Source: Candidatus Eiseniibacteriota bacterium
GTDB taxonomy: Bacteria > Eisenbacteria > RBG-16-71-46 > SZUA-252
Reading direction: 5' to 3'
Length of the DNA: 64,000 nt
Assembly (NCBI GenBank): GCA_035716005.1
Contig: DASTKG010000097.1
Location: forward strand, 4,202 to 68,201
The notes below the pieces were generated by a model. That model was not told the origin of the DNA. It was given only the letters and a program-made list of their open reading frames with translations, and did no database searches. Below are positions 55,319 to 64,000 of this stretch, piece after piece. Numbering within the stretch: position 1 is the stretch's first letter; each line of letters opens with the position of its first letter. Made by a program: the position numbers and the translations under genes.

Positions 55319-56601
55319 TTACTTCTTCTTGAACTGCGCCGCCTCCGTCGATCCCTCGAGGGCGGTCGTGGAGGAGGCTCCTCCCGAAATCACCTGAGCG
55401 ACGTGGTCGAAGTAGCCCGTTCCCACCTCGCGCTGGTGGCGCGTCGCGGTGTAGCCGTGGGTCTCCGAGGCGAACTCGTCCTGCTGGAGCCGGCTGTAGG
55501 CCGTCATCCCGCGCTCCTTGTAGTCGCGCGCCAGCTCGAACATGCCGTGGTTGATGGCGTGGAAGCCGGCCAGCGTGACGAAGAGGAACTTGTAGCCCAT
55601 GGCGCCCAGCTCGCGCTGGAATTTCGCGATGGTGGCGTCGTCGAGCTTCGCCTTCCAGTTGAAGGAGGGAGAGCAGTTGTAGGCGAGCATCTTCCCCGGG
55701 AACTCGGCGTGGATCCCTTCCGCGAACTCGCGCGCTTCCTTCAGGTCGGGCGTGGAGGTCTCGCACCAGAGGAGATCGGCGTAGGGAGCGTAGGCGCGTC
55801 CCCTCGCGATCGCCATGGTGACGCCGCCGGTGATCCGGAAGAAGCCCTCCGTCGTCCTCTCGCCGGTCAGGAACGGCCGGTCGCGCTCGTCGATGTCGCT
55901 GGTGATCAGCTTCGCGCTGTCGGCATCGGTCCGGGCGACGATGAGCGTCGGCACGCCCATCACGTCGGCCGCGAGGCGCGCCGCCACGAGCGTGCGGATG
56001 AATTGCCCCGTGGGCAGGAGAACCTTTCCGCCCAGGTGGCCGCACTTCTTCTCCGACGAGAGCTGATCCTCGAAATGGACGGCGGCGGCGCCCGCCTCGA
56101 TCATCGCCTTCATCAGTTCGAACGCGTTGAGCGGCCCTCCGAAGCCGGCCTCGGCGTCGGCGACGATCGGCGCGAACCAGTCGCGCGACGGCGCGCCCTC
56201 GGCGTGCTCCACCTGGTCGGCCCGCTGGAGGGCCTGATTGAGGCGGCGCACCACGTGGGGAACGCTGTTGGCCGGGTAGAGGCTCTGATCGGGGTAGGTC
56301 TGCCCCGCGAGATTCGCGTCGGCCGCCACCTGCCAGCCGCTCAGGTAGACCGCCTGGAGCCCCGCGCGCACCTGCTGCACGGCCTGATTCCCCGTGACCG
56401 CCCCGAGCGCGTTCACGTAGTCGCGCGTGCGGAGGAGGTGCCAGAGGCGCCGGGCCCCCCGGTCCGCGAGCGTATGCTCGATCCGAATCGAGCCGCGGAG
56501 CCGCTCCACGTCCTCGGCCGTGTAGGGGCGCTCGATGCCGGCCCAGCGATCGGCGGCGACGGGTGGCGGCTCGTGCGGCGTGGATCCGGCGGGAGGCGGT
56601 G

Positions 56602-56605
<4 letters not shown>
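55319..56605 (-). CDS. aceA: Isocitrate lyase
   Basis: [42 protein letters not shown] and [10 protein letters not shown]. The ATG overlaps the aceB stop. Confidence 0.96.
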
Positions 56606-58239
<1,634 letters not shown>

Positions 58240-58263
58240 CCTCTCACCCGGGAGAGAGGTCTG

Positions 58264-58839
58264 TCAGTACGAGTATTTCGGCTCCCAGCCCTTCTCGCCC
58301 TCCGCGAGAAGCGCGATGAGATGCCAGACGCCGCAGTAGAGGTCGTAGGGACCGAACTCGGCTCGGGCCACGCGCTCGATCGTGCCGTCGTCGGCCAGCC
58401 GAAACGTCGACACGCCCGGAAGCCACGATTTCTCGCCGCGGAATCCCATGTCCTGGATGAAGGTCGATCCCGCTCCCGACACCATCGGAAAGCCCCACTG
58501 CCGGCTCTGGGCGAACTCCTTCTGCGTCTCCACCGAGTCGGGCGAGCAGACCACGAATCCGGCGCGATTCGCGAGATGGCGCCAGACGCCGTTGAATCCG
58601 TCGGCCCAGAGCGTGCAGTAGCGGCATCCCTTCCCCATGTTGTGGACCACGATCAGATCCCGTTTCCCGCCGAAGAGCGACGAGAGCGTCGCCTCCCCGT
58701 CCCAGGCGGCGAGCCGGTAGTCCTGGACGCGTTCCCGGGGCGCCGCGCGCTTCAGCTCGGCCAGCCGCTGCGACTTTTCGAGAAGCTCCTGCTCGAGTGC
58801 CTGGATTTCCTGGAGCGGGTTCGGCGACGTGGGATTCAT
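58264..58839 (-). CDS. DUF899-like thioredoxin-fold protein
   Basis: LSSLFGGKRDLIVVHNM...CRYCTLWADG...WGFPMVS...PGVSTF. Confidence 0.7.
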   Translation of the reverse strand: MNPTSPNPLQEIQALEQELLEKSQRLAELKRAAPRERVQDYRLAAWDGEATLSSLFGGKRDLIVVHNMGKGCRYCTLWADGFNGVWRHLANRAGFVVCSPDSVETQKEFAQSRQWGFPMVSGAGSTFIQDMGFRGEKSWLPGVSTFRLADDGTIERVARAEFGPYDLYCGVWHLIALLAEGEKGWEPKYSY

Positions 58840-59015
58840 GCGGGCCTCCTTCTCCTGTTCGTCCGGTTCCGGTACGTGCCCGAAAGTCTACCCCTCCCGA
58901 ACTCGGAGGCAACCGGCAACTCGGCGAAGGGCGCCGGGTCTATACTCGGCCGAACGTCCGCCGCGACGGCGGAACCGGTCTCGCGTCACCTCACCCGCGC
59001 CAAGGGGAAGAATCG

Positions 59016-59996
59016 ATGATGCGCCACGAACGAATCGGGGCCGCGCCGGCCGCGCTCGCCGCGTTGGCCGCCGCCCTGCTCCTTCCGGCTTTCGCGCTCG
59101 GCTCGGGCGTTCGCGGGCCGACCTTCGAGTCGCACTGGCAGGACGGCCGCGCCGAGCTGTCGGGCTATCGCTATCACGTCCTCCGATACGGCGAGCCGCG
59201 GGCGGGACAGGCGGTCATGATCACCGTGACCGAGCCCTTCAGCGAATCGAAGCGCGTGAAGGCGGACGATCCCGCGAAGAACCCCGCCGACACGTTCGAG
59301 GCGCTGAAGATGAACCTCGTGCGCGATTTCCAGACCGGCATCTACGACTACAACACGATGACCTCGGTCTTCGTCCGCTCGCGCGACTTCTCCCCCGTGA
59401 AAGTCTCCTTCTCCGGCTCGGAGTGGTGCGGAAACGTCTACGAGGAGATTCTCTTCGACCGGGACGCGGCGCGGCAGTCGCTCCGCTCCTACTTCGAGGG
59501 AGAGAGCGGCGAGAGATCGCTTCGCCGGCCGCCCGGCGGAGTCTCGGAGGACCAGCTCTTCATCCTCGTCCGGGGGCTCCGCGGCGATTTCCTGCGCGCG
59601 GGGGAAAGGAGGACGGTGGCGCTCCTGCCCGGCTCCTTCGTGCGCCGTCTCGCCCACCGGCCGCTCTCCTGGGTGAACGCCACGATCGAGCGGTCGGCGA
59701 AGGCGGAGCGGGTGACGGTTCCGGCCGGGACGTTCCAGGCCGATCTCTATCGGGTGAGGACGGCCGACTCCCGCACCGGATCGTTCTGGGTGGAACGCCC
59801 CTATCCCCACCGGATCGTCCGCTGGTCGTGGTCCGCCGGCGCCGCGGGCGACCGAAAGGCGAGCGAGGCGACGGAGTCGGCCGAGCTGGCCGGATCCGCC
59901 CGGCTCCCGTACTGGCAGCTTCATGGAAACGGGCAGGAAACCTATCTGAAGCAGCTCGGCCTCGAGCCGCTTCCGACGCCCGGCCCCGGGCGATAG
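59016..59996 (+). CDS. Hypothetical secreted protein, 326 aa
   Basis: Signal-like N-terminus. Non-random aromatic-rich sequence (HWQDGRAELSGY...RYGE..G.AVMITVTEPF; KMN...FQTGIYDYNTMTSVF; EWCGNV). Confidence 0.65.
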   Translation: MMRHERIGAAPAALAALAAALLLPAFALGSGVRGPTFESHWQDGRAELSGYRYHVLRYGEPRAGQAVMITVTEPFSESKRVKADDPAKNPADTFEALKMNLVRDFQTGIYDYNTMTSVFVRSRDFSPVKVSFSGSEWCGNVYEEILFDRDAARQSLRSYFEGESGERSLRRPPGGVSEDQLFILVRGLRGDFLRAGERRTVALLPGSFVRRLAHRPLSWVNATIERSAKAERVTVPAGTFQADLYRVRTADSRTGSFWVERPYPHRIVRWSWSAGAAGDRKASEATESAELAGSARLPYWQLHGNGQETYLKQLGLEPLPTPGPGR

Positions 59997-60070
59997 CCGC
60001 CCCCGATTCCGAGCGAGCCGCTCCGTCGCCGCCCCCCCGGCGGGGGGGATCGCGCCCCGGTCCCGCCGAT

Positions 60071-60114
60071 CTCGCTCACTAATTACTCAGAATCTATTCA
60101 ATATCGGTGCATCT
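60071..60114 (+). promoter_or_regulatory. AT-rich island with 11-bp periodic repeats (possible CarH-type operator or promoter)
   Basis: TCA at 60076, 60087 and 60098 and GCA at 60109. The central units TacTCA and TatTCA resemble the TnnACA CarH repeat core. Confidence 0.4.
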
Positions 60115-60263
60115 GAAGGGGTACGGCGACTCCGGAGCCTCCCCGAAGCGCCGAGCCCGGACCCATCGGGCCGCGGGGCGCCGGCGCGAGCCGGCGCCGC
60201 CGCCGAACCGGGAGGCGAGAATCGAATCGACGACACCACAACCTCTTCGGGAGATCGACCACC

Positions 60264-60770
60264 ATGCGTTCCATCGTCACTCGCTTCAGCGCCCCCACCG
60301 CGATCGCGGTCGCGGCGGCCCTCGTTCTCGGCTCTCTCTTCGTCGCCCCGGCGTTCGCCGCCGGAAAGCCGGACAAGAACATCGTCCAGGTCGCCCGCGA
60401 GGCGGGCCAGTTCAGCACGCTCCTCGCGGCGCTCGAGGCCGCGGATCTCGTCGGCACGCTCTCGGGCCAGGGGAAGGGACCCTTCACGGTCTTCGCCCCG
60501 ACCGACGCGGCCTTCGCGAAGCTCCCTCCGGGCACGGTGGAGTCGCTCCTCAAGGATCCCGTCGCCCTGAAGAACGTGCTCCTCTATCACGTCGCGGCGG
60601 GCGACCTGCGCGCCACGGACGTCCTGAGCCGCAGCTCGATCACGATGGCGAACGGCCAGACGACCACGATCAGCGGCGCGAAGATCAACGACTCGAGCAT
60701 CACGGCGACCGACATCGCGGCCCGGAACGGCGTCATCCACGTGATCGACACCGTCCTCATCCCCCGCTAA
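60264..60770 (+). CDS. Secreted fasciclin (FAS1) domain protein
   Basis: FSTLLAALEAADL...GPFTVFAPTDAAFAKLP...LLYHV...NGVIHVIDTVLIP. Confidence 0.93.
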   Translation: MRSIVTRFSAPTAIAVAAALVLGSLFVAPAFAAGKPDKNIVQVAREAGQFSTLLAALEAADLVGTLSGQGKGPFTVFAPTDAAFAKLPPGTVESLLKDPVALKNVLLYHVAAGDLRATDVLSRSSITMANGQTTTISGAKINDSSITATDIAARNGVIHVIDTVLIPR

Positions 60771-60780
60771 GGAAGCCCGA

Positions 60781-60828
60781 GACGGCCGGCGCCGGGGTGA
60801 CGACCATCCCCGGCGCCGGTTCGTCTTT
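60781..60828 (+). terminator. Rho-independent terminator after the fasciclin gene
   Basis: GACGGCCGGCGCCGGGG-loop-CCCCGGCGCCGGTTCGTC followed by TTTG. Confidence 0.6.
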
Positions 60829-60852
60829 GCGGGCCGGAAGGGGCGCGCTACC

Positions 60853-61818
60853 ATGTCCACGGTCATGAGCGCATCGAAGGTCCATCGTCGCGCGGAACCG
60901 GGGTGGCTCACCATCGGCACCCTCGCGCGGGCGACCGGCATCCCCCCGTCCACGCTTCGCACCTGGGAACGCCGCTATCGCGTCCCCGTCCCCTCCCGAA
61001 AGCCCTCCGGCCATCGCCTCTATCCGGTCGAGACGGTGCGCCACCTGCGCGCGCTTCGCCGCGCGCTCGATCTCGGACGAACGCCGGCGGAGGTCATGCG
61101 GCTCCCTTTGAGCGAACTCGAGGAGCTTCTCGGAGAGGCGAGGCGGCCGGGGGAGCGCCCGCGGGCGGGCGAGCGACGCGGCCGGCGCGAAGGAGCGGCC
61201 CCGACGACGCTCGCCGGCGGGGCCCCCCTCATCGCATCGCTCCTCGCCGCGGCGCGCTCGCTCGATCGGAGGAGTCTGCGCCGCGCCCTCGTCGACGCCT
61301 GGGCGGGACTCGGACCGATCGAGTGCCTCGGCGGGGTGGTGGCGCCGTTCCTTCACGAGATCGGAGCGGCCTGGGCGGAGGGGACCCTCTCGGTGCGGCA
61401 CGAGCACTTCGCGTCGGGAGTCGTGGCCGATTTCCTGCGCGAGGCGCGGCGCCCCTTCGAGGAGCGCGCGGAGGGGCCCGTCGCCGTGGCGGCCACGCTC
61501 CCCGGCGACCTGCACGAGATCGGACTCTTGAGCGTGGCGCTGCTTCTCTCGATGAGCGGCTGGCGCGTCGCCTACCTCGGCCCGGACACGCCCGTTCGGG
61601 AGATCGCCGCCTTCGCGAAAGACGCCGGCGCCAGGGCCGTCGCCGTGAGCGTGTCGCCCAGCCGCCGCCGGGGAGCGGCCTCGGCGATTCGCGCGCTGCG
61701 GGCGGCCCTTCCGCGCGGGGTCGAACTCTGGCTGGGGGGCGAAGGGGCGCCGCCCGACCTCCCCGGATCGACGCGATTCGAGAATCTCTCGCAGCTCGCC
61801 TCGCGCCTGGAGGTCTGA
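60853..61818 (+). CDS. MerR-family cobalamin-binding regulator (CarH/LitR-like photoreceptor)
   Basis: MerR HTH (TIGTLARATGIPPSTLRTWERRY...SGHRLY), W-x9-EH motif (WAEGTLSVRHEH) and B12-binding PGDLHEIG...YLGPDTP. Confidence 0.85.
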   Translation: MSTVMSASKVHRRAEPGWLTIGTLARATGIPPSTLRTWERRYRVPVPSRKPSGHRLYPVETVRHLRALRRALDLGRTPAEVMRLPLSELEELLGEARRPGERPRAGERRGRREGAAPTTLAGGAPLIASLLAAARSLDRRSLRRALVDAWAGLGPIECLGGVVAPFLHEIGAAWAEGTLSVRHEHFASGVVADFLREARRPFEERAEGPVAVAATLPGDLHEIGLLSVALLLSMSGWRVAYLGPDTPVREIAAFAKDAGARAVAVSVSPSRRRGAASAIRALRAALPRGVELWLGGEGAPPDLPGSTRFENLSQLASRLEV

Positions 61819-61842
61819 GGGCGGCGAGGACGCCCCGCGTTC

Positions 61843-63843
61843 CTACCCTTCCTTGTCCTCGTACATCGTCTTCAGCCGGGCGATCACGCCCGGATCGGCG
61901 AGGGTCGTGATGTCGCCCACCGCCTTCCCCTCGGCGATGTCGCGCAGGAGCCGGCGCATGATCTTCCCCGACCGCGTCTTCGGAAGATCGGCCGTGAGGA
62001 TGATCTCGTCCGGCCGCGCGATCTTCCCGATCTTCTTCACCACGTGGTCTTTCAAATCGTCGATGGCGGCGGGTCCGCGATCCTCCCCTTCCCGGATCGT
62101 GACGAAGGCCACGACGGCGGTCCCCTTGATCTCGTGCGCCCGCCCGACCACCGCGGCCTCGGCGACGGACGGGTGGTCGACGAGCGCGCTCTCCACCTCC
62201 ATCGTCGAAAGGCGGTGCCCGGCCACGTTCATCACGTCGTCGACGCGGCCGAGGAGCCAGAAGTAGCCGTCCTTGTCGCGCTTCGCGCCGTCGCCCGTGA
62301 AATAGAGGCCCGGATATCGCGACCAGTAGTTCTGCCGGAACCGCTCGGGATCGCCGTAGATGCCGCGCAGCATCGCGGGCCACGGCTTCCGGAGGATGAG
62401 GTAGCCGCCCCCCTCCTTCACCGTCTCGCCCTTCTCGTTCACGATGTCGGCGTCGATGCCGGGAAGAGGGCGCGTGGCCGAGCCCGGCCTCGTCGCCGTC
62501 ACGCCGGGGAGAGGCGAGATGAGGATCATCCCGGTCTCGGTCTGCCACCACGTGTCGACGATGGGGCAGATCTCTCCCCCGATGTGCTTGTGGTACCAGA
62601 CCCACGCCTCGGGATTGATCGGCTCGCCCACGGAGCCGAGGAGCCGGAGCGAGGTGAGCCGATGTCTCGCCGGCCACTCGGGTCCCCACTTCATGAACGC
62701 GCGAATGGCGGTCGGCGCCGTGTAGAACACGCTGACGCCCAATTCCTCGACGATCTGCCAGAAGCGGTCCTTGTCGGGCCAGTCGGGCGAGCCCTCGTAC
62801 ATGACGACCGTGGCGCCGTTCGCGAGGGGGCCGTAGACGACGTACGAGTGCCCCGTGATCCAGCCGCAGTCGGCCGTGCACCAGAAGACGTCCTCCTCCT
62901 TCAGATCGAAGACCCACTTCGTCGTCGCGGCGGTCCCGGTCAGGTAGCCGCCCGTGGTGTGGACGATCCCCTTCGGCTTCCCCGTCGTGCCCGACGTGTA
63001 GAGCGTGTAGAGGAGGTCCTCGCTGTCCATCGGCTCGGGCCAGCAGTCGTCGGAAACCCCGTCGACCAGGCGATGCCACCAGTGGTCGCGCCCCTCCTTC
63101 ATGTGCACCTGGAATTCGCCCCGCTTGAAGACGACCACGTGCTCGATGCTCGGGCAACCCTCGACCGCGGCGTCGGCGTCGTGCTTCAACGGGAGAATCG
63201 CGCCGCGGCGAAAGCCGCCGTCGGCGGTGACGAGAACTTTCGCGGTCGCGTCGTTGATGCGATCGCGGAGCGCGTCGGCGGAGAAGCCGCCGAAGACGAC
63301 GCTATGGACCGCGCCGATGCGCGCGCAGGCGAGCATGGCGATCGGGAGTTCGGGAACCATCGGCATGTAGATGGCGACGCGATCGCCCTTCTGCACGCCC
63401 AGCTTCTTCAGCCCGTTCGCGAAGCGCCCCACCTCGCGATAGAGATCCCAGTAGGTGAGCGTCCGCCGTTCGCCCGGCTCGCCGACCCAGACGAGCGCGG
63501 CCTTGTTGCGTCGCGGCCCGCGCAGATGGCGGTCGACGCAGTTGTAGGCGACGTTCAGCTTCCCGCCGACGAACCACTTCGCGTCGGGACCGTTCCAGTC
63601 GAGCACGGTGTGCCAGCGCACGAACCAATCGAGATCCGCCGCGCGCGCGGCCCAGAAACCCTCCAGGTCGGCGGCGGCCTGCTGGTAAAGCGAATCGTCC
63701 TTCACGTGCGCGGCCTTCGTGAAGTCGGCGGCCGGCGGGTAGGTGCGGTTCTCGTCGAGCAGCGCCGCGATGGCGGCGGTCGAGTTCGGCGGCGCCGGCG
63801 AGGCGTTCTTCTCCCCGCCGGAGGGGCGTTTCTCCTTGGCCAT
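61843..63843 (-). CDS. acs: Acetyl-CoA synthetase (AMP-forming)
   Basis: [52 protein letters not shown] and [11 protein letters not shown]. Confidence 0.96.
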   Translation of the reverse strand: MAKEKRPSGGEKNASPAPPNSTAAIAALLDENRTYPPAADFTKAAHVKDDSLYQQAAADLEGFWAARAADLDWFVRWHTVLDWNGPDAKWFVGGKLNVAYNCVDRHLRGPRRNKAALVWVGEPGERRTLTYWDLYREVGRFANGLKKLGVQKGDRVAIYMPMVPELPIAMLACARIGAVHSVVFGGFSADALRDRINDATAKVLVTADGGFRRGAILPLKHDADAAVEGCPSIEHVVVFKRGEFQVHMKEGRDHWWHRLVDGVSDDCWPEPMDSEDLLYTLYTSGTTGKPKGIVHTTGGYLTGTAATTKWVFDLKEEDVFWCTADCGWITGHSYVVYGPLANGATVVMYEGSPDWPDKDRFWQIVEELGVSVFYTAPTAIRAFMKWGPEWPARHRLTSLRLLGSVGEPINPEAWVWYHKHIGGEICPIVDTWWQTETGMILISPLPGVTATRPGSATRPLPGIDADIVNEKGETVKEGGGYLILRKPWPAMLRGIYGDPERFRQNYWSRYPGLYFTGDGAKRDKDGYFWLLGRVDDVMNVAGHRLSTMEVESALVDHPSVAEAAVVGRAHEIKGTAVVAFVTIREGEDRGPAAIDDLKDHVVKKIGKIARPDEIILTADLPKTRSGKIMRRLLRDIAEGKAVGDITTLADPGVIARLKTMYEDKEG

Positions 63844-63879
63844 GAACTTCCCCCGGTCTGGAACGATGCGTCGTGGAAT

Positions 63880-64000
63880 CTAGCGGTCGGCCCGGCTCCG
63901 TTCGCGCGTCCACGCCTCGGCGGACGCGAGCGGAATGCCCAGCGCGGCGGCGGCGGCGTCCCAGCTTCGGTAGACCTCGACCTTCGCGCCGCCGTAGATC
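63880..64000 (-). CDS. C-terminal fragment of a gene running off the window
   Basis: Reads IYGGAKVEVYRSWDAAAAALGIPLASAEAWTRERSRADR and stops at TAG 63882-63880. Codon usage matches neighbouring genes. Confidence 0.5.
   Translation of the reverse strand, partial: IYGGAKVEVYRSWDAAAAALGIPLASAEAWTRERSRADR

Overview
A gene-dense, GC-rich (roughly 70% by eye) stretch of a diderm bacterial chromosome, judged from outer-membrane beta-barrels, Sec/Tat signal peptides and System I cytochrome c maturation genes. The lineage cannot be fixed from this window. I found no rRNA, tRNA, CRISPR array, integrase or transposase. Recognisable genes include a two-gene (split) cobalamin-independent methionine synthase, Mrp/ApbC, a Cu-type P1B ATPase, a 2-oxoacid dehydrogenase E1a/E1b/E2 cluster with AspA, TldD/PmbA, PolX, Nth, QueG, MutT, TrxB, ETF-QO, an Att-like ABC/lipocalin module, a ccmEFH-x-x-ABCD operon, AceA/AceB and Acs. 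The strongest unexplained signals are these. (1) A four-gene secreted cluster at 13852-17511 that looks like a minimal, divergent chaperone-usher-type pilus system: two cysteine-free paralogous pilin-like proteins, a chaperone-like protein and an unusually short usher-like protein. (2) A probable selenoprotein missed by the ORF track (30156-30674, KPG-UGA-GS followed by a SECIS-like hairpin). (3) A 170-190 nt rod-shaped ncRNA candidate resembling 6S RNA (about 53176-53365). (4) A TldD with a twin-arginine signal next to a signal-less PmbA. (5) Two orphan radical-SAM loci. (6) A CarH-like B12 photoreceptor beside a fasciclin gene with 11-bp periodic upstream repeats. The first gene carries a single-base frameshift in a G6 tract. 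All family assignments are by motif recognition only; no database searches were run.
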